DNA from: an uncultured Chloroflexia bacterium
Lineage (GTDB): Bacteria > Chloroflexota > Limnocylindria > Limnocylindrales > CSP1-4
Direction: 5' to 3'
Assembly: GCA_963739365.1 (NCBI GenBank)
Contig: CAVUAG010000016.1
Coordinates: 160,240-224,239 of the forward strand
Length of the DNA stretch: 64,000 nt
Each line of letters begins with the position of its first letter. Position 1 is the stretch's first letter. The position numbers were made by a program, and so were the translations under genes. The notes under the pieces are model-generated. The model saw only the letters and a program-made list of their open reading frames with translations. It made no database searches and had not been told where the DNA came from. This document shows, in pieces, positions 9,674 through 19,468 of this stretch.

Positions 9674-10948
9674 ATGTCGCATCCCCTCGTCGTCATGAAG
9701 TTCGGCGGCAGCTCGGTGGCGAATGCCGAGCGGATCCGCCGGGTCGCCCGCCGGATCGCCCTCGCCCGCGCCGAGGGCGCCGACCTCTGCGTCGTGGTCT
9801 CGGCCATGGGCGACACCACCGACGAGCTCCTCTCGCTCGCCGCGGCCATCACCGACGAGCCCGAGCCGCGTGAGCTGGACATGCTGCTCGCGACCGGCGA
9901 GCACCAGAGCGCGACCCTGATGTCGATGGCCCTTCACGCCCTGGGGCTGCCTGCCATCAGCCTGACCGGCGCCCAGGCCGGCATCGTCACCGACGGCACC
10001 TACGGTCGCGCGCGCATCGCCGGGATCGACCCCGTCCGAATCCGCGCCGAGATGGCCGATGGGAAGGTCGTCATCGTGGCCGGCTTCCAGGGCCTGAGCG
10101 CAACGGCGCTCGAGCTGGCGGAGACCACGACCCTGGGTCGCGGTGGCTCCGACACCACCGCGGTCGCCCTCGCCGCCGCCCTGCGCGCCGACCGCTGCGA
10201 GATCTACACCGACGTGAAGGGCATCTACACGGCCGACCCGCGCCTGGTGCCCGACGCGCGCCAGCTCCCCGTCATCGGCTACGAGGAGATGCTCGAGCTC
10301 GCCCACCAGGGGGCCCAGGTGATGCAGGTGCGCGCCGTCGAGCTCGGCTGGGTGAACGACGTCGTCATCGAGGTCCTCAGCTCGTTCGAGGACGCCCCCG
10401 GCACCCTCATCAAGGAGGACCCGCTCGTGGAGCAGCGCAACAAGGTGCGCGGCATCGCCCAGGACCGGAACGTCGCCAAGGTCACCCTCGTCGAGGTCCC
10501 GGATCGCCCCGGCGTGGCCCACGCCGTCTTCGCCCCCCTTGCCGAGGGCGGGATCAGCGTCGACATGATCGTCCAGAACGTGGGCCATGGCGGCACGACC
10601 GACATGAGCTTCACCGTCCCGCGGGGTCAGCTGGCGAAGGCGAAGCGGGTCCTGGAGCCACTCGTCCGCGAGCTCGGCTTCCGCGAGATGACCACCGACG
10701 CCTCGATCGCCAAGGTCTCGATCGTCGGAGCCGGCCTTCACAACGCCCCGGGCTACGCCGCCCGGATGTTCGGCACCCTGTCGGACGCGGGCGTCAACAT
10801 CGAGATGATCTCCACCTCCGAGGTCCGGATCACCTGCACGATCGCCGAGCACGACCTCGAGGCGGCCGTCCGGGCGCTCCATGCGGCCTTCGAGCTGGCG
10901 ACGGCCGACCCGGTCGACACTGATCCTGGGGCGGCCGCGAGCCGGTGA
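9674..10948 (+). CDS. lysC: aspartate kinase
   Basis: Within track ORF 9419..10948: MSHPLVVMKFGGSSVANAERI...VVSAMGDTTDELL...LGRGGSDTTAVALAAAL, plus C-terminal ACT repeats. Confidence 0.95.
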   Translation: MSHPLVVMKFGGSSVANAERIRRVARRIALARAEGADLCVVVSAMGDTTDELLSLAAAITDEPEPRELDMLLATGEHQSATLMSMALHALGLPAISLTGAQAGIVTDGTYGRARIAGIDPVRIRAEMADGKVVIVAGFQGLSATALELAETTTLGRGGSDTTAVALAAALRADRCEIYTDVKGIYTADPRLVPDARQLPVIGYEEMLELAHQGAQVMQVRAVELGWVNDVVIEVLSSFEDAPGTLIKEDPLVEQRNKVRGIAQDRNVAKVTLVEVPDRPGVAHAVFAPLAEGGISVDMIVQNVGHGGTTDMSFTVPRGQLAKAKRVLEPLVRELGFREMTTDASIAKVSIVGAGLHNAPGYAARMFGTLSDAGVNIEMISTSEVRITCTIAEHDLEAAVRALHAAFELATADPVDTDPGAAASR

Positions 10949-11835
10949 CGGCGTTCCTCCTGCGGCAGGAACGGTTCGAGCGGATCGAGTCGACGAACGA
11001 CGCGGTCCGCGCGTGGCTCGACGCCGGAACGCCCGAGGTCTGCCTTGCCGTTGCCGACGAGCAGACTGCCGGACGCGGTCGTGCCGGGCGCACGTGGACG
11101 GCTCCGCCGGGAGCGGCCCTGCTTCTCTCCCTCGGCTTCCGGCCGGTCTGGCTCGCGCCCGGCCATGCCTGGCGCCTCGCCGCTGTGACCAGCCTGGCGA
11201 TGGCCGACGCGGCCGAGGACGTCGCGGGCCTCCGGACCGGCGCCGTCCGCCTGAAGTGGCCGAACGACCTCGTGATCGAAGCGCACGCGCCCGAGGACGA
11301 CGAGGCACGCGTGTGGCTCGGCACCCAGGCCGAGCCCGTGACCGGGCTGGGCGGCGGCTCGATCCGCAAGCTCGGCGGCGTCCTGGGCGAGGCTGACGGC
11401 CTCGGGACCGACGACCCGCGCGTCGTGGTCGGGATGGGGGTCAACGCCGGCTGGGCTCGGCCAGACTTCCCGGCCGAGATCGCGCCGGCGATGACCAGCC
11501 TGGCGGAGGCGAGCGGCGGCCGGCCGATCGAGCGGGCCCTGCTGCTCGACGCGTTCCTCTCGCGCCTGGAGGCGCGTGTGGAGGCGTTGCGCGCGGGGCG
11601 CTTCCCGATGGACGACTGGACGACACGCCAGGTCACGACGGGCCGGATCGTCCGCCTGGAGAACCACGGCTCCGAGCCCGAGGAAGTGCGCGCGCTCGGC
11701 CTCGACCCGGCGACCGGGGCCCTGCTGGTGGCCGACCCGACAGTCCCTGGCGGCGAGCGCGCGGTCCACGCCGGCGACGTGGTCCATGTCCGCCTGGCGG
11801 ACGCGGCCGGCCGCGCGTCCGCGGCCGGCGTGTAA
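10945..11835 (+). CDS. birA: biotin--[acetyl-CoA-carboxylase] ligase
   Basis: Track ORF 10945..11835. The GTG overlaps the lysC stop (GTGA). QTAGRGRAGRTWTAPPG and LKWPNDL motifs. Confidence 0.88.
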   Translation: MTAFLLRQERFERIESTNDAVRAWLDAGTPEVCLAVADEQTAGRGRAGRTWTAPPGAALLLSLGFRPVWLAPGHAWRLAAVTSLAMADAAEDVAGLRTGAVRLKWPNDLVIEAHAPEDDEARVWLGTQAEPVTGLGGGSIRKLGGVLGEADGLGTDDPRVVVGMGVNAGWARPDFPAEIAPAMTSLAEASGGRPIERALLLDAFLSRLEARVEALRAGRFPMDDWTTRQVTTGRIVRLENHGSEPEEVRALGLDPATGALLVADPTVPGGERAVHAGDVVHVRLADAAGRASAAGV

Positions 11836-11851
11836 CGGAACGGGCCGAGCG

Positions 11852-12478
11852 GTGTTTGGACGAGGCAGGGGAGGGGAGGCGGCCGGTGCGGCCGGGCGGG
11901 TCGTCCCGCTCGACCCGGATCGGAGCCTGGTCACGGCGGCCCAGGTCGACCCGGCCCGCTTCGACGTCCTCTACCGGAAATACCTTGCACAGGTCTACAG
12001 CTTTGCCTACCACGAGCTCGGCAACCACCACGAGGCGGAGGACGTGACGGAGCGGACGTTCCTCCTTGCCCTCGACGCCCTGCCCCGCTTCCGCGAGGAG
12101 GCGCCTGACGAGGCGGGGCCCGAGGCGTCCACGTTCCGCGTCTGGCTGCTGCGGATCGCCCGGAACGCGATTGCCAACCAGCGCCGCACGCTGCGCCGTC
12201 ATCCGGCCGCGCCCCTCGACGCCGTCGGGGAGGCCGCCGCCCCCGACGACCCGGAGCACGCCGTGCTGGCCCGCGCCGACGCCACGGCGGCGTGGGCCGC
12301 CGTGGCCCGCCTGCCCGGCGACCGGCGACGCGCCGTCGTCCTGCGCTTCGTCGAGGAGATGAGCACGGCCGAGATCGCCGGGGTCCTCGGCCGCTCCGAA
12401 GGTGCGGTGCGCGTCCTGCTCCACCGCGCGCTGCGCACCGTGGCCCGCGACCTCGGCGAGCGCGGGGAGACGCCGTGA
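11852..12478 (+). CDS. ECF-type RNA polymerase sigma factor (start approximate)
   Basis: Within track ORF 11576..12478. Region 2: FDVLYRKYLAQVYSFAYHELGNHHEAEDVTERTF. Region 4: RRAVVLRFVEEMSTAEIAGVLGRSEGAVRVLLHRAL. GTG 11852 is the first in-frame start after the birA stop. Confidence 0.8.
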   Translation: MFGRGRGGEAAGAAGRVVPLDPDRSLVTAAQVDPARFDVLYRKYLAQVYSFAYHELGNHHEAEDVTERTFLLALDALPRFREEAPDEAGPEASTFRVWLLRIARNAIANQRRTLRRHPAAPLDAVGEAAAPDDPEHAVLARADATAAWAAVARLPGDRRRAVVLRFVEEMSTAEIAGVLGRSEGAVRVLLHRALRTVARDLGERGETP

Positions 12479-12972
12479 CGACCCCGGCCACGCTCGACAG
12501 CGTCGAGATCGAGGCGCTCGTCACGGACCGCTACCTCGACGCGCTGCTGGCCGCCGCCGAGCGCCGCGCTCCCGACGCCCCCGTCGATCCGGCCCTGGAC
12601 CCGGCCCTGCGGGGCGCCGCGCTCCGTCTCCGCGACGAGCTCGTGCGCGTCCATCCGTCGTTCCGTTTCGAGGAGCGCCTCGCGCGGCGCCTCGCGGAGG
12701 CGGCAGCCGGCATGCGCCTCCCGACCGCGGTCGGCGGCGAGGGCACGATCCTGCCGTTCCCCGGCGCCGCGCCCGACACCTCGCGCCCCGTGCCCCGCCG
12801 GCCGCTCCTCTTCGGCGGCGCCGTCACGTCGGCCGCGCTGGGCCTGGCCGGTGCCGCCTTCGTCGCCTGGCGCCGCACGCGCGGAGCCCCCACCGACCCG
12901 ATGGCCCGCGCCATCCGCCTCGCCCGCGCCGCCCGCGCCGTGCGCGACGGGATCGCCCCGGAGCTCCACTGA
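12475..12972 (+). CDS. single-pass membrane protein coupled to the ECF sigma (putative anti-sigma factor)
   Basis: GTG 12475 overlaps the sigma stop (GTGA). VTTPATLDSVEIEALVTDRYLDALL...; one hydrophobic span LLFGGAVTSAALGLAGAAFVAW. The functional call rests on position only. Confidence 0.5.
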   Translation: MTTPATLDSVEIEALVTDRYLDALLAAAERRAPDAPVDPALDPALRGAALRLRDELVRVHPSFRFEERLARRLAEAAAGMRLPTAVGGEGTILPFPGAAPDTSRPVPRRPLLFGGAVTSAALGLAGAAFVAWRRTRGAPTDPMARAIRLARAARAVRDGIAPELH

Positions 12973-13838
12973 TGCCGATCACGCTGCCCTTCCGCCCCCG
13001 CCGGGAGAGCTACCCGCCCGACATGTGGACGCAGTGCCCCGGATGCCACGAGATGCTCTTCAACAAGCACCTCGACAAGGCCATGCGCGTCTGCACCGCG
13101 TGCGGCCACCACTTCCGGGTCTCGGCGCCCGTCCGCCTCGCCCAGCTCCTCGACCAGGGCTCGTTCCGTGAGCGCGACCCCGGGCTGGTCTCGCGCGATC
13201 CGCTCGGCTTCGTCGACAGCAAGCCGTACCCGGACCGGATCGTCGCGGCCCAGACCGCGACCGGGCGGCGCGACGCGGCCATCTGGGGCTTCGGGACCCT
13301 CGCCGGACGGCGGATCGCCATCTGCGCCCTGGACTTCGGCTTCATGGGCGGCTCGATGGGTTCGGTGGTCGGCGAGAAGGTGACCCGGGCCGCCGAAGGC
13401 GCCCTGGCCGAGGGGACCCCGCTCGTCGTGGTCAGCGCCTCGGGCGGGGCCCGGATGCAGGAGGGGACGCTGGCCCTCATGCAGCTGGTCAAGACCATCG
13501 CGGCCATCGAGGCGCTCCGAGCGGCCGGCCTCCCCTTCATCTCGGTCCTGGCAGATCCCACGACGGGCGGCGTCTTCGCCTCGTTCGCCGCCCTCGGCGA
13601 CGTCAACGTGGCCGAGCCGAACGCGCTCATCGGCTTCGCCGGCGCCCGCGTCTCGGCCGGAACGATCGCCGAGGAGCTGCCGCCGGGCTTTCAGCGCGCC
13701 GAGTTCCTCTTCGCCCACGGCTTCGTGGACAGGATCGCCGCCCGGGCAGAGCTCCGGGACGAGCTGGCCGCGATCCTCGACGTGCTCTCGCCCCCCGCGC
13801 CCGGGGACGACGACCCAGGGAGCGTGCGTCGTGGTTGA
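12972..13838 (+). CDS. accD: acetyl-CoA carboxylase carboxyltransferase beta subunit
   Basis: MPITLPF...WTQCPGCHEMLFNKHLDKAMRVCTACGHHFRVSA (Zn ribbon)...DFGFMGGSMGSVVGEK. The ATG overlaps the upstream stop (TGATG). Confidence 0.95.
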   Translation: MPITLPFRPRRESYPPDMWTQCPGCHEMLFNKHLDKAMRVCTACGHHFRVSAPVRLAQLLDQGSFRERDPGLVSRDPLGFVDSKPYPDRIVAAQTATGRRDAAIWGFGTLAGRRIAICALDFGFMGGSMGSVVGEKVTRAAEGALAEGTPLVVVSASGGARMQEGTLALMQLVKTIAAIEALRAAGLPFISVLADPTTGGVFASFAALGDVNVAEPNALIGFAGARVSAGTIAEELPPGFQRAEFLFAHGFVDRIAARAELRDELAAILDVLSPPAPGDDDPGSVRRG

Positions 13839-14850
13839 CCGTCTGCTTGGACGCACCAAAGGCCGCGATACGACGCCGACCGCCCCGGTCGAGGAGGCGG
13901 CGAGCCCGCGTGACGCTGTCTGGGCCCGGGTCCTGTTGGCGCGCAACGCCCGCCGGCCCCACTCCCTGGAGCTCATCGCCGGGATCGCCGACCGCTTCAC
14001 CGAGCTCCACGGCGACCGCCTCTTCGGGGACGACGGCGCGATCGTCGGCGGCCTGGGCCGGATCGACGGCCGGCGGGTGGTGATCGTGGGTCACCAGAAG
14101 GGCGCCGACACCGACGAGAACATCCGCCGGAACTTCGGGATGGGCAAGCCCGAGGGCTTCCGCAAGGCCATCCGGCTCTTCGAGCTGGCCGACCGGTTCG
14201 GGATCCCCGTCGTCACCCTCGTCGACACGCCGGGCGCGTACCCCGGCGCCGAGGCCGAGGAGCGCGGAGTCGCCGAGGCGATCGCGCGGGCGATCATGGT
14301 CATGTGCCGGATCCGCGTCCCGATCGTGACCGTCATCACCGGTGAAGGTGGCTCCGGAGGCGCGCTGGCCATCGCCGCCGGTGACGTCGTCATCGCCCTG
14401 GAGAACGCCGTCTATGCCGTGATCAGCCCGGAGGGCTGCGCCTCGATCCTGTGGCGGACGTCGGAGAAGGCGCCGGACGCGGCCCTGGCGATGCGGATGT
14501 CGGCGGCCGATCAGCTCGAGCTCGGCGTCATCGACCAGGTTGTCCCCGAGCCCGGCGAGGGTGCCCATGCCGACCCGGCTGCGACGGCCCGCCGGCTGCG
14601 CGAGGTCATCGTGGAGCAGCTCGACCGCCTGGCCGCGATGCCCATCGACGAGCTCATGGCCGCCCGCGCGCGCCGCTACCGGGACTTCGGCGCGTTCGAC
14701 GATCTCGGCGGCCCCGAGGTCCCCGAGTCGAGCGAGCGGCCCGGCCTGGCAGACCGGCTCCGCCGGGCCCTCGAGCCGGTGGGGACCCGTATCGGCAATC
14801 TCGGCGTACGCGAGGGCCGCGACGAGCCCCCGGCGCGAGAGGAGGTCTGA
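13831..14850 (+). CDS. accA: acetyl-CoA carboxylase carboxyltransferase alpha subunit
   Basis: Track ORF 13831..14850: GHQKGADTDENIRRNFGMGKPEGFRKAIRLFELADRFGIPVVTLVDTPGAYPG...ITGEGGSGGALA. 8-nt overlap with accD. Confidence 0.95.
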   Translation: MVDRLLGRTKGRDTTPTAPVEEAASPRDAVWARVLLARNARRPHSLELIAGIADRFTELHGDRLFGDDGAIVGGLGRIDGRRVVIVGHQKGADTDENIRRNFGMGKPEGFRKAIRLFELADRFGIPVVTLVDTPGAYPGAEAEERGVAEAIARAIMVMCRIRVPIVTVITGEGGSGGALAIAAGDVVIALENAVYAVISPEGCASILWRTSEKAPDAALAMRMSAADQLELGVIDQVVPEPGEGAHADPAATARRLREVIVEQLDRLAAMPIDELMAARARRYRDFGAFDDLGGPEVPESSERPGLADRLRRALEPVGTRIGNLGVREGRDEPPAREEV

Positions 14851-14853
14851 CGC

Positions 14854-16863
14854 GTGGCCAGGGACCCCGGCGCGAACGATGCCAGGATGACCGAGCGCAC
14901 GCCCGAGGAGCGCCGGGCGGATCACGCCGCGATCGACCGCCTCGCCGACGAGCTTCTGCCCGCCCTGGTTGCCAAGCTCGGTGCAAGCGGCCTCGGCGAG
15001 CTGGACGTCCGCGAGGGAGCGTGGCGGGTCCGGCTCCGGATGCCGGCCGACGGGCGCGCGGCGCGCCGGGCGGGCGGATCGAGCCGAGGGGGGCAGCAGC
15101 CGCCCTCCATGCACGCGACTCCGCCCGCTCACGCGGCACCGTCCACCCGTGCCTCCTCCCCGGCCCCTGGGGCCGCTCCGGATCCGGGCCCGCCGACACG
15201 CGCGGTCGCCACCTCTCCCGCCGTGGGCTTCTACCGCCCACGCCCGGACAAGGCCCCTGGGGCCCGCGTGCGTGCCGGCGATCCCCTGGGCGCGATCGAC
15301 GTGCTCGGAGTCCCCCAGGAGCTGACCTCGCCGGCTGACGGGATCGTCGGGGCGAGCCTGGTGGAGCCCGGCGACCCGGTGGAGTACGGCCAGGACGTCG
15401 TCGAGATCGAGCTGCTGGAAGCGCCGGCCGCGCGACCGCCCGCCGTCGCGCCAGCGCGCCACCGCGCCTGCCACCGCCACTCGCCCGGAGGCCGGCTGAT
15501 GTTCGAGCGTGTCCTCATCGCCAACCGCGGCGAGATCGCCCTCCGGATCCTGCGCGCCTGCCGGACCATGGGGATCGGCGCCGTCCTCGCCTACAGCGAG
15601 GCCGACCGCGACTCCCTGGCCGCCCAGCTCGCCGACGAGGCGATCTGCATCGGTCCGGCCGACGCCCGGCGGAGCTACCTCTCGGCCTCGGCCGTGATCT
15701 CGGCCGCCATCGTGACCGGCTGCGACGCCATCCACCCGGGCTACGGGTTCCTCTCGGAGGACGCCGGTTTCGCGGAGGCGGTCACGGCCCACGGCATCAC
15801 CTTCGTGGGTCCCTCGGCCGAGGTCCTGGAGCGCTTCGCCTCGAAGGAGGGGACGCGGCGCCTCCTCGCCTCGCACGGCCTGCCCACGATTCCCGGCTCC
15901 GACGGGCTGCTCCGCGACGACGAGCACGCCCTCGCCGAGGCCGAGCGGACCGGCTACCCCGTCCTCGTCAAGCCGTCGGCCGGCGGCGGCGGCAAGGGGA
16001 TGCGGATGGTCCGCACGCCCCGGGAGCTGGTGGCCGCCCTGCAGGTCTGCCGGTCCGAGGCCCGCGCCGCCTTCGGCGACGACTCGCTCTACCTCGAGAA
16101 GTGGCTGGAGGACAACCGGCACGTCGAGGTCCAGGTCGTGGTCGACCGCTACGGCCATGGCATCCACCTCGGCGAGCGCGACTGCTCGGTCCAGCGCCGC
16201 CACCAGAAGCTGATCGAGGAGGCGCCCACGCCCGCCCTGTCGGAGGCCGCCCGCGAGGAGCTCGCGGAGCGGGCGATCCGGGCCGTCGTGGCCGCCGGGT
16301 ACGAGAACCTGGCAACCCTCGAGTTCCTGGTGGACCGGGACGCCAACTTCTACTTCATCGAGATCAACTGCCGGATCCAGGTGGAGCACCCGGTGACGGA
16401 GCTCCGGACCGGGATCGACCTCGTGGCGACCCAGCTCCGGATCGCCGCAGGCGAGCCGCTCGGCTTCAGCCAGGCCGACGTCACCTTCGCGGGTCACGCC
16501 ATCGAGTTCCGGATCAACGCCGAGGATCCGGCCCGCGACTTCCGGTCGCAGGCCGGGACCGTGGAGCGGTTCTACGCACCGGGCGGCCCCGGCGTGCGGA
16601 TGGACTCCCACCTCTACGCGGGCTACGAGGTCCCGACCTACTACGACTCCCTGCTCGGCAAGCTCATCGTCTGGGGGCCCGACCGGCCGTCGGCCATCGC
16701 CCGCGGCCGCGCCGCCCTCGACGAGCTCGTGGTCGACGGCGTGATCACGAACCGCGCCTTCCACCGCGCCATGCTGGACAACCCCGCCTTCATCGAGGGG
16801 CGCGTGACCACGAACCTCGTCGACCGGGTCGGCGGGGCCGCCTTCCTCGCCCCGCGGAGCTGA
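14854..16863 (+). CDS. accC: BCCP-like domain lacking the biotinyl-lysine, in frame with biotin carboxylase (AccC part begins at ATG 15499)
   Basis: Track ORF 14854..16863. The N-terminal ~210 aa resemble BCCP (IDRLADELLPALVAKLGASGLGELDVREGAWRVRLRM ... SPAVGFYRPRP...VRAGDPLGAIDVLGVPQELTSPADGIVGASLVEPGDPVEYGQDVVEIEL) but have no EAMK/Lys. From 15499: MFERVLIANRGEIALRILRACR...VKPSAGGGGKGMR...FIEINCRIQVEHPVTE. Confidence 0.9.
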   Translation: MARDPGANDARMTERTPEERRADHAAIDRLADELLPALVAKLGASGLGELDVREGAWRVRLRMPADGRAARRAGGSSRGGQQPPSMHATPPAHAAPSTRASSPAPGAAPDPGPPTRAVATSPAVGFYRPRPDKAPGARVRAGDPLGAIDVLGVPQELTSPADGIVGASLVEPGDPVEYGQDVVEIELLEAPAARPPAVAPARHRACHRHSPGGRLMFERVLIANRGEIALRILRACRTMGIGAVLAYSEADRDSLAAQLADEAICIGPADARRSYLSASAVISAAIVTGCDAIHPGYGFLSEDAGFAEAVTAHGITFVGPSAEVLERFASKEGTRRLLASHGLPTIPGSDGLLRDDEHALAEAERTGYPVLVKPSAGGGGKGMRMVRTPRELVAALQVCRSEARAAFGDDSLYLEKWLEDNRHVEVQVVVDRYGHGIHLGERDCSVQRRHQKLIEEAPTPALSEAAREELAERAIRAVVAAGYENLATLEFLVDRDANFYFIEINCRIQVEHPVTELRTGIDLVATQLRIAAGEPLGFSQADVTFAGHAIEFRINAEDPARDFRSQAGTVERFYAPGGPGVRMDSHLYAGYEVPTYYDSLLGKLIVWGPDRPSAIARGRAALDELVVDGVITNRAFHRAMLDNPAFIEGRVTTNLVDRVGGAAFLAPRS

Positions 16864-16946
16864 GGCGACCCGTGCACTCCTGCATCCATCCACCCGCTCG
16901 GCGCGCCCCCGCCGGGCGACACTGACCCCCGAACCGGAGTGATGCC

Positions 16947-17402
16947 GTGACCGAGCCGATCCATACGACCCGCGAGATCGAGAAGCTGCTCCCGCATCGC
17001 TGGCCCTTCCTCCTCGTCGACCGGATCGACGAGTACGACCCGGTGGCCCAGCGGATCGTCGGGATCAAGGCCGTCACCGCGACCGAGTGGTTCTTCGGGG
17101 GCCACTTCCCGGGGATGCCCGTGATGCCCGGCGTCCTCCAGGTGGAGGCGCTGGCCCAGACGATGGGCGTCTACGTGGCGAAGCAGGAGGGCTTCGGCGA
17201 CCGGATCGGCCTGTTCGCGGGGATCGACGAGTGCCGCTTCAAGCGGGTCGTCAAGCCGGGTGACGTCCTCCGGCTCGAGGTCACGATGGAGAAGCTCGGG
17301 CGCCGCTTCGGGCGGGGCAACGCCGTCGCCAGCGTGGACGGCGAGGTCTGCTGCGAGGCGAAGCTGTCGTTCGTCATCCCCGACGCATCCGTGCTGCGCT
17401 GA
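16947..17402 (+). CDS. fabZ: 3-hydroxyacyl-ACP dehydratase
   Basis: Track ORF 16947..17402: LPHRWPFLLVDRI...FFGGHFPGMPVMPGVLQVEALAQ. Confidence 0.93.
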   Translation: MTEPIHTTREIEKLLPHRWPFLLVDRIDEYDPVAQRIVGIKAVTATEWFFGGHFPGMPVMPGVLQVEALAQTMGVYVAKQEGFGDRIGLFAGIDECRFKRVVKPGDVLRLEVTMEKLGRRFGRGNAVASVDGEVCCEAKLSFVIPDASVLR

Positions 17403-18148
17403 TGACCCGCATCGCGCTCTTCTCCGACGTCCACGGTGTCGCCCAGGCCCTCGACGCGGTTCGCACCGCCATCGCGGGCGCGGCGCCCGACGTGATCGCC
17501 GTGGCCGGCGACCTGGCCATGAACGGCGGCGATCCGGCCGCGGCGGTCGACGGGATCCGCGAGCTCGAGGCCGCCGGGGCCCTCGTGGTGGCCGGCAACA
17601 CGGACATCGCCGTCGCCGACTTCGACTATGCCGCGGCCTTCCCGTGGTTCGACGACGCGGTGCCCGAGTCGATGAAGGCGGCCGCGATCTGGGCCCACGA
17701 GGCCCTGGGCCCGGAGCGCGTCGATTGGCTCCGCCGCCTGCCCGCCGAGCGCCGCGTCCGGTGCGACGACGGGACGCTCGTCCTGGTCACCCATGCCTCG
17801 CCCGGCTCCCAGACCGCCGGCTTCGACAAGGGGCTCGACGAGAGCGTGTTCACCGAGCGCCTGGGGCGGACCGACGCGCGGGTCATCTGCTGCGGCCACA
17901 CCCACGTGCCCGAGGTCCGCGACTTCGGCTGGAAGGTGGTCGTCAACGGCGGCAGCGCGGGCTACGTCTTCGACGGCGACCCGACCGCGTCGTGGGCGCT
18001 CATCGACGTGGTGGACGGCCACGTCACCGCCGAGGTCAAGCGGGTCGAGTTCGACGCGCTCGCTGCGTCCGACGCGGTGTCGAACCGCGGGCTGCCCGGC
18101 GACGTCTACCGGGCCGCCACGATCCGCACGGGCAAGCTGGTCCGGTGA
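17402..18148 (+). CDS. metallophosphoesterase family protein
   Basis: Track ORF 17402..18148: IALFSDVHG...VAGDLAMNG...GNTD...THASP...CGHTHVP. The ATG overlaps the fabZ stop (TGATG). Confidence 0.85.
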   Translation: MTRIALFSDVHGVAQALDAVRTAIAGAAPDVIAVAGDLAMNGGDPAAAVDGIRELEAAGALVVAGNTDIAVADFDYAAAFPWFDDAVPESMKAAAIWAHEALGPERVDWLRRLPAERRVRCDDGTLVLVTHASPGSQTAGFDKGLDESVFTERLGRTDARVICCGHTHVPEVRDFGWKVVVNGGSAGYVFDGDPTASWALIDVVDGHVTAEVKRVEFDALAASDAVSNRGLPGDVYRAATIRTGKLVR

Positions 18149-19468
18149 GCGACGGCGTGCGCGGGCAGGCGCGCCGCGGGACGGGCGGCCCGGCTCGGGC
18201 GGCTTCGGCGCGGGTCCCCGCCGGGTGGTCGTCACCGGGCTGGGAATGGTGACCGCCCTCGGCGGCGACGTCGCCACCACCTGGGACGGGCTCATCGCCG
18301 GCCGCTCGGGCATCGGGCCGATCACCGCCTTCGACCCGTCGCGCGTGGCGTCGCGGATCGCCGGCGAGGTGCCGCGACTTCGACCCGTCGGCGGTCCTGG
18401 ATCGCAAGGAGCAGCGCCGCAACGACCGCTACACGCAGCTCGCCCTCGTGGCGACGCGCGAGGCGCTCGCCGACGCCGGCCTCCCGGAGCGCCTCGACGG
18501 GCTCCTCGCCGAACGGACCGGGATCATCCTCGGGACCGGGATCGGCGGCGGCTCCACGTTCGCCGAGCAGGCCGCGATCTCGGTCGACAAGGGCCCCGAC
18601 CGGATCAGCCCGTTCTTCATCCCCATGGCGATCCCCAACCTCGCGGCCGGCCAGGCCGCCATCGTCTTCGGCGCCCTGGGTCCCAACTTCGCGGTCTCGT
18701 CGGCCTGCGCCACGGGCGGCCACGCGCTGGGCGAGGCGTGGGAGATCATCCGGCGCGGCGACGCCGACGTGATGATCGCCGGCTCGTCCGAGGCCGGGAT
18801 CAACGAGGTCCTCGTGGGCGGCTTCGCGGCGATGCGGGCCCTCTCGACTCGCAACGACGATCCCGCAGCGGCCTCGCGCCCATTCGACCGGGGTCGCGAC
18901 GGGTTCGTCATCGGCGAAGGTGCCGGCGCCGTCATCCTGGAGGAGCTCGAGCACGCCCGGGGCCGCGGCGCCGTGCCGCTCGCCGAGCTGGTCGGCTACG
19001 GCGCCTCGGCCGACGCCCACCACATCACGCTCCCCGCGCCCGGCGGAGCCGGCGCCGCCCGCGCCGTCGGCCCGGGCGCTCGAGAAGGCCGGCCTGTCGG
19101 TGGACGACGTGGAGCACGTCAACGCCCACGCGACCTCCACGCCCGAGGGCGACCGGACCGAGCTGCGAGATGCTCCGCGGCCTCTTCGGCGCGCGGGCCG
19201 GCGAGGTCAGCGTGACGGCCAACAAGAGCATGCTCGGCCACACCCTGGGCGCGGCGGGCTCCATCGAGGCCGCGATCACGATCCTGAGCCTGCGTCACGG
19301 CGTGATCCCGCCGACGATCAACCTGGACGATCCCGACGAGGCCGCAGCCGGGCTGGACCTGACCCCGAACGTCGCCCGGCGAGCGGCCCGATCAGGGTGG
19401 CCCTCAGCAGCTCGTTCGGCTTCGGCGGCCAGAACAGCGCCCTCGTCTTCCGGCGGTGGGAGCCATGA
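18145..19468 (+). pseudogene. fabF: beta-ketoacyl-ACP synthase II with at least four frame changes (pseudogene or assembly indels)
   Basis: Homologous text hops between frames. Frame 0: [39 protein letters not shown]...IAGEV. Frame 1: [31 protein letters not shown]...[14 protein letters not shown]...[16 protein letters not shown]. Frame 2: [32 protein letters not shown]. Frame 0: EMLRGLFG...[15 protein letters not shown]. Frame 2: [26 protein letters not shown]. Shifts at ~18372, ~19069, ~19166 and ~19385. The start is either GTG 18145 (GTGA overlap) or GTG 18225. Confidence 0.85.

Noticed and set aside
13627-16893. 1088-aa minus-strand ORF, and similar giants (3599..6100-, 8393..11308- upstream part, 19295..21238-, 43556..45394-, 50380..52503-, 48943..52604+)
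   Set aside because: Each is antisense or off-frame to a gene with strong family motifs (accA/accC, hom, lysC, fabH, polX, DUF885). Each has low-complexity R/G/P/A/D composition. These are artefacts of about 70% GC.
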